A stretch of 64,000 nt of DNA from an uncultured Acidimicrobiia bacterium (GTDB lineage: Bacteria > Actinomycetota > Acidimicrobiia > Spongiisociales > UBA5794), in NCBI GenBank assembly GCA_963714055.1, contig OY970227.1, positions 2,933,330-2,997,329 of the forward strand. Reading direction: 5' to 3'. Below the pieces are notes generated by a model, which was not told the origin of the DNA, ran no database searches, and saw nothing but the letters and a program-made list of their open reading frames with translations. The translations under genes were made by a program, and so were the position numbers. Shown in pieces: positions 31,212 through 40,055 of the stretch; position 1 is the stretch's first letter; every line of letters begins with the position of its first letter.

Positions 31212-33714
31212 GCTGCGGCTGCGCAACTTCCGTTCCTACTTCGGCTCACAGGCCGCCTTCGACTTCCGCAACCGGTCGCTGGTCGGGATCGTCGGCCCGA
31301 TCGGCAGCGGCAAGTCGTCGCTCCTCGACGGGGTCGCCTTCGCCCTCTACGGGCGGACGCCGTCCGAGGGCTCGGCCACCTCCCGCCTGATCCACCAGCG
31401 CGCCGGTGACGGAGGTGTCAGCCTGCGGTTCGAGGTGGACGGCGAGGTGTGGGAAGCGGTTCGGGTCCTGCGCCGCAAGGGACAGAGCCAGCACGCCCTC
31501 TACCGGTACGACGAGGACACTCCCGAGGCGGAGCCGGTCGAGAAGGTCACCCAGGAGCGCCAGGTGAACGACCGGATCAGAGACCTCCTCGGTCTCGATT
31601 TCGACACGTTCGGGCGATCGGTGCTGCTCGCCCAGGGCAGGTTCGCCGAGTTCCTCAAGGGAGCGCCCGCCGACCGCGACCGGGTGCTGAAAGGCGTCTT
31701 CGGTCACGACCGCATCGACCAGATGCGCGAGGTCGCCAAGGCCAGGTCGGTGGTGCTCGGCCAAGAGGTTGCCGCGTTCGACGGCAGGTTGGCCCAGGTT
31801 TCCGTGCTGGAGGCGAAACTGGCGGAGCGCGTCGCCGAGCTCGAGGACATCGAGGTGAGGCTCGAGGCCCTGGCCAAGGCGGAGCCTGCGGTCGTCGATC
31901 TCGAGCTGCGGATCTCCGCAGCGCGCGCCGGTGTCGAGAGGGCCACGGCCAGGCGGGAGGAGCTGGCTCCGCTCGGCGAGCGCCTGGCGTCCCCCGCCGC
32001 GGTCGCCGAGCTCGAGGAGCGTCTCGGCGCGCTCGAGGGAAGACGGCGCCGGCTCGCCGTCGAGATGGACGAGGCCGACGCCGCCCGGAAGGAGGCAGAC
32101 GGTCTGCTGGCCGAGATGGAGGCGGCCGGGGAGCAGGATTTGATCAGCGCCGCCGAGATGGCAGTCGCCACGCACCAGCAGGTGACACTCCGCATGGCGG
32201 CCGCCGGCGACGAGTCCGCACGCGTTGCCGACCAGCTCGAAAGGGTGATCGCCAAGCACGGAGCCATCGTCACCCGCCGGGAGGAGGCCGTGCTCCTCGA
32301 ACAGTCCGCCGAGGCCGCCCTGGCCGTCGCCGACCGGGCTCTGCGTCAGGCGAGGTCCGAACGGCACGATGCGGCGCACCGCAACATGGCGATCGAGTTG
32401 CGCAAGGAGATCACCGCCGGTGACGCCTGCCCGGTGTGCCGCCAGCCGGTGGAGACTCTGCCCGCTCCGACTGCGGCACCGGACCTCGACGCAGCCGAGG
32501 CCGCCGAGTCAGCCGCAGAGGATGGCCTGCGGGCGGCGCGGCAGCGAAGGGACGATGCAGCCGCTGCCGTCGTCCAGTTGGAGGCAACGGCGACTGCAGT
32601 CGACGATGAGGTCGTCCGGCTCCGCGCCGACGTGGAGCGGGCCGACGAGGCACGTGCCACCTCGACCCGTGCCGTCGCCGCGGCGGCGTCAGAGGTCTGC
32701 CGGCTCCTCGGCGAGGGTGACGCGTCCGAGTTGCTCGAGGCGCGGCGTCAGCGACTGGCCGCAGCCAGGGGAGCCGCCATCGAGACCCGCCGACGATTCG
32801 AGGCGGTGGATGGTGAGCTGCGGCGGGTGGTGGACGACGTGACTGCGGTTGCGGCCGGTGTCGGCGAGCTCCGCAGGGAGGCCGACCGGGTGGCGGGCCG
32901 TCTCGGCCTCGACGACGACCCCGGCGTCACAGAAGCCGAGGAGTTCGGTGTGTACCTGGCCCGCCTTCGACTGGCATGGTCGACTTCGCTGGCCGAGGCG
33001 TCGGCCCACGCCGACGCCTCTGCCGTCGAGCTGGCCGCGTCGACGGCATCCCGATCCGAGCTGCTCGCCGAATTGGGGGTGACCGGGGATTTCCACCAGG
33101 GGCTCGCCGCCGCCAGGGCCGATGTCGATCGGCTGGCGAAGGACGTCGCCGCCGATCGGCTCGAGGTCGCCGCGGCAAGCTCGCTCGAGGCGGAGCGCGA
33201 GGCGACGGCAGCAGACAAGGCCATCTACGACCGCATCGCCGGCGACCTCACCAACGCCAACTTCATCCGCTTCCTCCTCGACGACGAACGGGCACGGCTG
33301 GCGGACCTCGGCGGCGACCACTTCATGCGACTCACCTCTGGCCGCTATCGCTTCACCGATGACGGGGTCTTCGATGTCGTCGACCAGACGGCGGCGGGGG
33401 CGGTCCGCAAGGCCTCCAGCCTGTCCGGCGGGGAGACCTTCCTGGCATCGCTGGCGCTGGCGCTGGCCCTGGCCGAGATGGTCACCAGGACCGGGGGACG
33501 CCTCGACGCGTTCTTCATCGACGAGGGGTTCGGCTCGCTCGACCCGGAGCACCTCGATCTGGCGATGGAAGGGATCGGCAGCCTGGTCGCGAACGGATCG
33601 TCCCGCCTGGTGGTCGTGGTCAGCCATGTCCCCGAGCTGCAGGAGACCATCGGTGACCTCATCAAGCTGGACCGTGATCCCCTGACGGGCGACACCCGGG
33701 TGATCCGCGCCTGA
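31198..33714 (+). CDS. sbcC: Rad50/SbcC ATPase
   Basis: Walker A GPIGSGKSSLLD. Long coiled coil with zinc-hook CPVC (about residue 400). Signature SLSGGETFLASLALAL. Walker B FFIDEGFGSLD. H-loop VVSHV. 838 aa. Confidence 0.85.
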   Translation: MRPLELRLRNFRSYFGSQAAFDFRNRSLVGIVGPIGSGKSSLLDGVAFALYGRTPSEGSATSRLIHQRAGDGGVSLRFEVDGEVWEAVRVLRRKGQSQHALYRYDEDTPEAEPVEKVTQERQVNDRIRDLLGLDFDTFGRSVLLAQGRFAEFLKGAPADRDRVLKGVFGHDRIDQMREVAKARSVVLGQEVAAFDGRLAQVSVLEAKLAERVAELEDIEVRLEALAKAEPAVVDLELRISAARAGVERATARREELAPLGERLASPAAVAELEERLGALEGRRRRLAVEMDEADAARKEADGLLAEMEAAGEQDLISAAEMAVATHQQVTLRMAAAGDESARVADQLERVIAKHGAIVTRREEAVLLEQSAEAALAVADRALRQARSERHDAAHRNMAIELRKEITAGDACPVCRQPVETLPAPTAAPDLDAAEAAESAAEDGLRAARQRRDDAAAAVVQLEATATAVDDEVVRLRADVERADEARATSTRAVAAAASEVCRLLGEGDASELLEARRQRLAAARGAAIETRRRFEAVDGELRRVVDDVTAVAAGVGELRREADRVAGRLGLDDDPGVTEAEEFGVYLARLRLAWSTSLAEASAHADASAVELAASTASRSELLAELGVTGDFHQGLAAARADVDRLAKDVAADRLEVAAASSLEAEREATAADKAIYDRIAGDLTNANFIRFLLDDERARLADLGGDHFMRLTSGRYRFTDDGVFDVVDQTAAGAVRKASSLSGGETFLASLALALALAEMVTRTGGRLDAFFIDEGFGSLDPEHLDLAMEGIGSLVANGSSRLVVVVSHVPELQETIGDLIKLDRDPLTGDTRVIRA

Positions 33715-33738
33715 TGGTGCGTCCGGTCAACCCGTCCG

Positions 33739-34461
33739 TCACTTCAGGAGGAGCGTCGAGATCCGGCGTGAGGTGATGACGGCGCCCACCAGCCCCATCG
33801 TCGCCAGGACGGCGACGTGGACCAGCATCCCCCAGTCGAGCAGTCCGAGCGTCAGCCCGCGGATCAGCTCGGTACCGTGGTACAGCGGCGAGAAGCGGGC
33901 GACGACCTGCAGCCACTCGGGATAGACCGAGATGGGATAGAACGTCGCCGAGAAGAGGAACAGCGGCAGGGTGACCAGGGCGACGAGGTCGAAGTCCTGC
34001 CACGACTTCATGTAGGTGGTGGCCGCCATCCCGGTGGCGGCGAAGGCCAGCCCGATGAGCAGGGCCGCCGGCACGGCGAGCACCCCCCACATCGAGGGCA
34101 TGAGGCCCATGGCGACCATCACGATGAGGAAGCACACGGCGTAGATGGCGCCGCGCATCAACGACCAGGTGATCTCGCCGACGGCGACGTCGCCAGGCCC
34201 GAGCGGCGTGGCCAGTACCGCGTCGTAGGTCCTCGCCCACTTCAGCTTGAAGAAGATGTTCATCGTCGACTCGTAGACGGCACCGTTCATCGCCGACGAG
34301 GCGAGCAGCGCCGGAGCGACGAACTCGGGGTAGGACACGACGTGCCCCCCGCCGACATCGACGTCGCCCACCAGGGCCCCGATGCCCACGGCGACCGCGA
34401 ACAGGTAGAAGACCGGCTCGAAGAACCCGGAGAACACGATCACCCATATCCGGCGGTACAC
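33739..34461 (-). CDS. ABC-2 type transporter permease
   Basis: 6 TM; ABC-2 signature region; downstream of its paralog and of the ATPase. Confidence 0.7.
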   Translation of the reverse strand: MYRRIWVIVFSGFFEPVFYLFAVAVGIGALVGDVDVGGGHVVSYPEFVAPALLASSAMNGAVYESTMNIFFKLKWARTYDAVLATPLGPGDVAVGEITWSLMRGAIYAVCFLIVMVAMGLMPSMWGVLAVPAALLIGLAFAATGMAATTYMKSWQDFDLVALVTLPLFLFSATFYPISVYPEWLQVVARFSPLYHGTELIRGLTLGLLDWGMLVHVAVLATMGLVGAVITSRRISTLLLK

Positions 34462-34548
34462 CAGCAGGTTCCGTTCGACCAGCCGGAGGGAGCGACGGCT
34501 CCCGAGCGCAGCACGGGGGCACCACCCGGGCGATGAGAGTGCCCGTCG

Positions 34549-35328
34549 TCATTTCTCCAACCTCCGCCGGAAGTTGTAGAGGGAGATGGCCGTTCCCACC
34601 CCGAACCACAGCAGCAGGTAGCCGACGTGGAGGCCGACCGGCCCCGTCGGCTCGATGTCGAGGGCGGCCGCCCTGGTGAGGTCGACACCGTGCCACAGCG
34701 GAGTGAGGTAGGCGACCGGCTGGATCCAACCGGGGAGCTGGGTGATCGGGAAGAACGTCCCAGAGAAGAGGAACATGGGGATGATCCCGAAGCGGAACAG
34801 CGAGCTGAGCCCGAACTCGTTCTCCAGCGACGACGTGAAGGCGGTGACCGCCCCGGCGAACGCCAACCCGGTCAACGCGGCCGGCAGGCAGGCGAGCAGC
34901 GCCCGGGGGAGCGTGGCGGCGTCGAACAGGACCATGGCGGCGGCGAAGGCGACCACCGTCATGGCCACCCGGGCGAGCACCCAGGCCAGATGCCCGCCGA
35001 CCAGGTCGGTGATGCCGACCGGGGTGGCCAGGGCGGCGTGGTAGGTCTTGGTCCACTTGATGCCCGCCATGACGGGGTAGGAGGCGTCGGCGGTGCCGGT
35101 CTGCATCGCCGCCGCGGCGAGCAGGCCCGGCGCCAGGAACGCCACATAGGGGACCCCCGGGATCGGCTCGGTGCCCGTGCCGCCGTCGACCATGGTCCCC
35201 AGGCCCACCCCCATCGCCGCCAGGTAGAGCACCGGGTTGAGGAAGGTCGAGATGAGGCTCCCCCGGAAGGTGTGCCGGTAGGTGCGAGCGTGGGTCTCGA
35301 AGACGCGCAGGGTGGCGGAGACGGCCAT
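34549..35328 (-). CDS. ABC-2 type transporter permease (paralog)
   Basis: Start chosen at MAVSATLRV (ATG 35328), 4 nt after the ATPase stop. The longer annotated ORF would overlap the ATPase. Confidence 0.65.
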   Translation of the reverse strand: MAVSATLRVFETHARTYRHTFRGSLISTFLNPVLYLAAMGVGLGTMVDGGTGTEPIPGVPYVAFLAPGLLAAAAMQTGTADASYPVMAGIKWTKTYHAALATPVGITDLVGGHLAWVLARVAMTVVAFAAAMVLFDAATLPRALLACLPAALTGLAFAGAVTAFTSSLENEFGLSSLFRFGIIPMFLFSGTFFPITQLPGWIQPVAYLTPLWHGVDLTRAAALDIEPTGPVGLHVGYLLLWFGVGTAISLYNFRRRLEK

Positions 35329-35332
35329 CGGG

Positions 35333-36265
35333 TCAGTCGACCAGGCTGCGCCCGGTGAGCCGGAGGAAGACGTCTTCGAGCGTGCTTCGCCGCACCACGA
35401 CCGCCTCCGGCTCCAGGCCGCGGCCGTGTACGTCGGCGACGGTGGCGTCACCGTCGTCGGTGTAGAGCAGCACCCGGTCGGCGAGGGTCTCGGTGCGCTT
35501 GGCCAGCCCGTCGAGCCGGTCGAGCACGGTCTCCTGCACCCCGACCGGGAAGCGCAACTCCACCACTTCCCGGGTGGAGTGCTCGGCGATGAGCTGGAGC
35601 GGGCTGCCCTCGGCGACGATGGCTCCCCGGTCCATCACCACCAGCCGATCGCAGAGTTGCTCGGCCTCGTCCATGTAGTGGGTGGTGATGATCAACGTGA
35701 CACCTTGCTGCTTGAGCCGGTACAGACGGTCCCACAGGACGTGGCGGGCCTGCGGGTCGAGTCCGGTGGTCGGCTCGTCGAGAATGAGCAGGTCCGGCTG
35801 GTTGATGAGCGAGCGGGCGATGGTCAGTCGCCGCTTCATGCCCCCCGACAGCGATTCGACCTTCGAGGTGCGCCGCTCGGCGAGCTGGGCGAACTCGAGC
35901 AGCTCGTCGATGCGGGGCTTGAGCACCTTTCGGGACAGGTCGAAGTAGCGACCGTAGATGAGCAGGTTCTCCTCCACAGGGAGCTCGCCGTCGAGGTTGT
36001 CGTCCTGGGGGACCACGCCGAGCCTGGCGCGGATCGCCGCCCCGTCGACCTCCGGGTCCAAGCCGAGCACGCGCAGGGTCCCGGAGGTGACCGGAGACAC
36101 GGCGCCGATCATCCGCATCGTCGAGCTCTTACCGGCGCCATTTGGACCGAGGAACCCAAACGCCTCCCCCTGGCGGACCTCGAAGTCGATGGCGTCGACG
36201 GCGACGAAGTCGTCGAAACGCTTGGTGAGTTGGCGGGCTTCCACCAGGGCGCGCATGGCGAGCAC
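35333..36265 (-). CDS. ABC transporter ATP-binding protein (DrrA/NodI-like exporter ATPase)
   Basis: Walker A GPNGAGKSS, signature LSGGMKRRL, Walker B LLILDEPT. Confidence 0.85.
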   Translation of the reverse strand: MLAMRALVEARQLTKRFDDFVAVDAIDFEVRQGEAFGFLGPNGAGKSSTMRMIGAVSPVTSGTLRVLGLDPEVDGAAIRARLGVVPQDDNLDGELPVEENLLIYGRYFDLSRKVLKPRIDELLEFAQLAERRTSKVESLSGGMKRRLTIARSLINQPDLLILDEPTTGLDPQARHVLWDRLYRLKQQGVTLIITTHYMDEAEQLCDRLVVMDRGAIVAEGSPLQLIAEHSTREVVELRFPVGVQETVLDRLDGLAKRTETLADRVLLYTDDGDATVADVHGRGLEPEAVVVRRSTLEDVFLRLTGRSLVD

Positions 36266-36333
36266 ACTACCGGCGGCCCCATGGGCGGAACGCCGACCAA
36301 GGGGCCTGGAGCCGGAGTGCTACGGTCGCCGCG

Positions 36334-37458
36334 ATGGGCCCGCTCCACGGTGTCACGGTGATCGAGCTCGAGGCGATCGGGCCGGTGCCGATGGCGGGGA
36401 TGGTGCTCGGCGACCTGGGGGCCGATGTGGTGAGGGTCGACCGGCCGGGCGGTTCGGGCGACCCGCTGCGGACCCTGATGGGACGGAACCGGCGCTCGGT
36501 CGCCGTCGACCTCAAGCACCCCGACGGCGCCGGGGTCGTGGTGCGGCTCGCCGCCGAGGCCGACGTGCTCATCGAGGGGATGCGCCCCGGTGTCGCCGAG
36601 CGGCTGGGCGTCGGTCCGGAGGCGTGCCACGCGGTGAACCCGCGCCTGGTCTACGGACGCATGACCGGGTGGGGGCAGGAGGGCCCGCTCGCCGCCACCG
36701 CCGGCCATGATCTCACCTACATCGCGGTGGCCGGCGCCCTCCATCCCATCGGCGACGCCGCCGAGCCACCGCCACCGCCGCTCAACCTGATCGGCGACTT
36801 CGGAGGAGGAGCCCTCTTTCTGGCCGTCGGGGTCCTGGCGGCGCTGCTGGAACGGGAGCGGTCCGGCTTCGGCCAGGTGGTCGACGCGGCGATGATCGAC
36901 GGGACGGGATCGCTCCTCACCATGTTCCACGAGCTCACCGCGATGGGGTTGTGGGACGAACGGCGTGGTGGCCAGCTGCTCGACGGTGGAGCCCCCTTCT
37001 ACCGAACGTACCGAACCGCCGACGGGAAGTACGTGGCGGTGGGCGCGCTCGAGCCGCCGTTCTTCACCGCCCTCCTTGCCGGGCTGGGGCTCGAGGGCGA
37101 GTTCCCGGCCCAGCACGACCGATCGCGGTGGCCCGAGATGCGCCACCGGTTCTCCGAATGCTTCGCCCGACGCACCCGGGACCAGTGGGAGTCGACCTTC
37201 GCCGGTAGCGACGCCTGCGTCGCCCCGGTGCTGACCATGGCCGAGGCGACCACCCATCCCCAGATCGCCGGCAGGAACGGCCACCTGGAGGTCGGCGGCG
37301 TTCGCCAACCGGCGCCGGCGCCCCGCTTCTCCCGCTCCGTCCCGGCCACTCCCCGGCCGGCGGTCGGGCCGGGAGCGGACACCGACGGCGTGCTCGGCGC
37401 CGCCGGGTTCACTTCTGCGGAGGTCGCCGAGCTGCGCGCCGGCGGCGTCGTCGCCTGA
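36334..37458 (+). CDS. CoA-transferase family III protein (CaiB/BaiF; alpha-methylacyl-CoA racemase-like)
   Basis: MGPLHGVTVIELEAIGPVPMAGMVLGDLGADVVRVDRP...conserved Asp region GMRPGVAERLG. Confidence 0.8.
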   Translation: MGPLHGVTVIELEAIGPVPMAGMVLGDLGADVVRVDRPGGSGDPLRTLMGRNRRSVAVDLKHPDGAGVVVRLAAEADVLIEGMRPGVAERLGVGPEACHAVNPRLVYGRMTGWGQEGPLAATAGHDLTYIAVAGALHPIGDAAEPPPPPLNLIGDFGGGALFLAVGVLAALLERERSGFGQVVDAAMIDGTGSLLTMFHELTAMGLWDERRGGQLLDGGAPFYRTYRTADGKYVAVGALEPPFFTALLAGLGLEGEFPAQHDRSRWPEMRHRFSECFARRTRDQWESTFAGSDACVAPVLTMAEATTHPQIAGRNGHLEVGGVRQPAPAPRFSRSVPATPRPAVGPGADTDGVLGAAGFTSAEVAELRAGGVVA

Positions 37459-37502
37459 CCTCGGGGGCCGCTCGCCGGCGGGTTCCACATCGAGGCCTCG
37501 GG

Positions 37503-37619
37503 CTAGGAGGGTGCTGAAAAATGGGTTCTCCGGTTCGAGGAGAGAGGGATCTGGCGACAATGGGTGAAGAGCGAGAGTGTCGGGCGAACCGGTCCAGCAC
37601 TTTTTCAGCACCCTCCTAG
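37503..37619. repeat. 19-bp perfect inverted repeat flanking a 79-bp spacer (MITE-like or long stem-loop)
   Basis: CTAGGAGGGTGCTGAAAAA at 37503-37521 and TTTTTCAGCACCCTCCTAG at 37601-37619. Locally AT-richer than the flanks. The spacer could encode a 33-aa peptide (MGSPVRGERDLATMGEERECRANRSSTFSAPS) whose RBS and stop codon both lie within the repeat arms. Confidence 0.5.
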
Positions 37620-37654
37620 GCTCGGCGAAAGCCCCCCACGAGATAGGAGTGCCT

Positions 37655-38068
37655 GTGGCCACTCGTCTCAACCCGTACATCAGCTTCGACGGCGACGCCC
37701 GGCAGGCCATGGAGTTCTACCGCGATGTGTTCGGTGGCACCCTGGCCCTCAACACCTTCGGCGAGTACGGCGCCCCCGACACCCCGGAGGCCGACAAGAT
37801 CATGCACGGCATGTTGGAGACCGACGCCGGCATCACCCTCATGGGAGCCGACACGCCTCCGGGGATGGAGCACAAACCGGGAGACAACATCGCCGTCAGT
37901 CTGAGCGGCGACGACGCCGACGAGCTGCGCGGCTACTGGGAGAAGCTCACTGCCGATGGCACCGTCTCGGTGCCGCTCGAGAAGCAGATGTGGGGTGACG
38001 AGTTCGGCATGTGCGTGGACCGCTTCGGTATCGGCTGGATGGTGAACATCGCCCAACCAGAGGGCTGA
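37655..38068 (+). CDS. VOC-family (glyoxalase/bleomycin-resistance, PhnB-like) protein
   Basis: RBS AGGAG then GTG 37655. VATRLNPYISFDGDARQAMEFYRDVFGG...VDRFGIGWMV. The longer ORF from ATG 37577 would start inside the inverted-repeat element. Confidence 0.7.
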   Translation: MATRLNPYISFDGDARQAMEFYRDVFGGTLALNTFGEYGAPDTPEADKIMHGMLETDAGITLMGADTPPGMEHKPGDNIAVSLSGDDADELRGYWEKLTADGTVSVPLEKQMWGDEFGMCVDRFGIGWMVNIAQPEG

Positions 38069-38083
38069 GCCTGGGCGTCTGCT

Positions 38084-38632
38084 TCAGTCGAAAAGGTCGG
38101 CGTTCGACAGCGACGGGGCCACCTGGTCCTTGGCCGAGAGGATCGGGGTCCCGTCAGCCGGCCACTCGATGCCTATGTCGGGGTCGTCCCAGCGCAGCGA
38201 CCGGTCACTGTCACCGTGGTACAGGGCGGTGGTCTTGTAGAGCAGCTCGGCGTCGGTGAGCGCGACGAACCCGTGGGCGAACCCAGGCGGTATCCAGAGT
38301 TGGAGCTTGTTGTCGGCGGTCAGCTCGACCCCGGTCCACGACCCGAACGTGGGTGAGGAGCGGCGGATGTCGACCGCCACGTCGTACGCCGCCCCGATGA
38401 TGGCCCGGACCAGCTTGCCCTGGGCGTGGGGCGCCAGCTGGTAGTGCAACCCGCGTAGCACACCGGCCGTCGAACGCGAGTGGTTGTCCTGGACGAACGT
38501 GGCGTCGACCCCGGTTGCAGCTGCGAAGTCGTGGGCGTTCCACGACTCGAAGAAGAACCCGCGATCGTCGCCGTGGACCGTCGGCCGGAGGATGAGGACC
38601 CCGGCCAGCCCGGTTGTGGTGACTTCGATCAC
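38084..38632 (-). CDS. rmlC: dTDP-4-dehydrorhamnose 3,5-epimerase
   Basis: LILRPTVHGDDRGFFFESWN...GVLRGLHYQ...QLWIPPGFAHGFVAL...LYKTT. Confidence 0.85.
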   Translation of the reverse strand: MIEVTTTGLAGVLILRPTVHGDDRGFFFESWNAHDFAAATGVDATFVQDNHSRSTAGVLRGLHYQLAPHAQGKLVRAIIGAAYDVAVDIRRSSPTFGSWTGVELTADNKLQLWIPPGFAHGFVALTDAELLYKTTALYHGDSDRSLRWDDPDIGIEWPADGTPILSAKDQVAPSLSNADLFD

Positions 38633-39564
38633 GGCTCGACGGCCATCCGCTCGGAGAGGGTCCGGAACGGCAGGCTGACCTCCTCGGTCACCGCGATGAA
38701 CCGTTCCACCGCGGGAGCCAGGGTACGGCCGGCGACGGTGGCGACAGCGATCGGTCGAGGCGGCAGCGGGGGCTCGATCGGCCGCACGACCACTTCGGGA
38801 TCCTCGGTGTCGACGGCGAGCAGCGGCATCACCGCGCAGCCCAGCCCGCTACGCACCATGGCCTGGAGGGCCGCATTGTCGCTCGACCGGAACACGTACT
38901 CCGGTTCGACCCCGATGCCGGCGAGGCCCCGGTCGATGAGGATCTGGCAGCTCGAGGGCTGTTCCCCGATCAAGGGGAGCCCGGCGAGCTCGGCGGCGGT
39001 CATCGGCCCGACGACGGCGCCGTCGTCGCCTCGGGCGGTCACGGCGACGAACGGGTCGAAGAACAGCTCGGTGATGTCGAGCCGGGGGTCCTCGATCCGG
39101 GCCACGACGAAGGCGACGTCGAGCGAGCCGGACAGCAGCTGTTCGAGGATCGCCTCGTGTTCGTCCGACTCGTGCAGCCTGATCTCGACTCCCGGTCGTT
39201 CGGCCCGCATCGCCTTGACCACGGACGGCAGGATGCGCACCGAGACGCTCTGGAAGGTACCGACGGTCAGGTGGCCGGCGCTCCCGGTGCGGAGGCGGTC
39301 GAGATCGTCGGAGGCGGTGACGATACGGCCGAGGATCGCCTCGGCATGCTCCAGGAGGAGCGCCCCGGTCGGGGTTAGCTCGACCCGCTTGGGTCCGCCG
39401 GGCCGGTCGAACACGGGGGAGCCCACGGCGCGCTCGAGGGCGGCGATCTGCTGGCTGACGGCGGATTGACTGAAGCCGAGCCTGGTGGCGGCACGACCGA
39501 ACGAGCCCTCTTCGGCCACAGCCTTGAGAGCGGAGAGGTGGCGGATTTCGATGTCTTGCAGCAT
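38629..39564 (-). CDS. LysR-family transcriptional regulator
   Basis: HTH IRHLSALKAVAEEGSFGRAATRLGFSQSAVSQQIAALE plus a LysR substrate-binding domain. Its stop overlaps the rmlC GTG. Confidence 0.85.
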   Translation of the reverse strand: MLQDIEIRHLSALKAVAEEGSFGRAATRLGFSQSAVSQQIAALERAVGSPVFDRPGGPKRVELTPTGALLLEHAEAILGRIVTASDDLDRLRTGSAGHLTVGTFQSVSVRILPSVVKAMRAERPGVEIRLHESDEHEAILEQLLSGSLDVAFVVARIEDPRLDITELFFDPFVAVTARGDDGAVVGPMTAAELAGLPLIGEQPSSCQILIDRGLAGIGVEPEYVFRSSDNAALQAMVRSGLGCAVMPLLAVDTEDPEVVVRPIEPPLPPRPIAVATVAGRTLAPAVERFIAVTEEVSLPFRTLSERMAVEP

Positions 39565-39674
39565 TAGGAGAGCTTATCACATCGAACAGGGATCATCGTT
39601 GGACGTGATGGATCGGGTGTCGTACCTTGTAGATCAGGAGCAGAGGAAATCGAGTCGGAAAGGAGCTCCCGATC

Positions 39675-39902
39675 ATGTTGGACCAACTCGCTTGGAGCAT
39701 CTCGGCATCGGGAATCAGCCGTTTCGAGGACGAGGTCGCCGCCTACGTGAAGCGTGCGGTGCGCGCCGGCGCTCCCGGGCACCTGACCTCAGTGGTCTGC
39801 GACCGGTCCAGTCCCGATGTCGTTCGGGAGCGGGCGTTCGGCCGGCTGGCGGAGTTCCTGGCGGGTGCCAGGCTCGTCGCCGACCGGCGTCCCGCCGCCT
39901 GA
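39675..39902 (+). CDS. Small hypothetical protein (75 aa), divergent from the LysR gene
   Basis: Strong RBS GGAAAGGAG 7 nt before the ATG. No recognisable domain. Confidence 0.35.
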   Translation: MLDQLAWSISASGISRFEDEVAAYVKRAVRAGAPGHLTSVVCDRSSPDVVRERAFGRLAEFLAGARLVADRRPAA

Positions 39903-40055
39903 CCCCACTGCCCGACAACCGTCCGGAAACGACCCCCGGTAGGGGGTCGTTCCTCTTCTGACCCGGCGGCTGGCGCCGCCCTGCTCGGCGGGGGACCGGC
40001 CCCGCCGCCGGCGGGCGCCGTAACCTGACGGGCCCGATCGGAGGACCCGAGAGCA

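Noticed and set aside
37523-37600. A tRNA or tmRNA-like sequence (GGTTCGAGG) inside the inverted-repeat element.
   Set aside because: No acceptor stem or anticodon arm can be built. The T-loop consensus GGTTCGAATCC is absent.
37503-37619. An insertion sequence or transposon.
   Set aside because: The inverted repeats enclose only 79 bp with no transposase. No target-site duplication is evident, so it is at most MITE-like.
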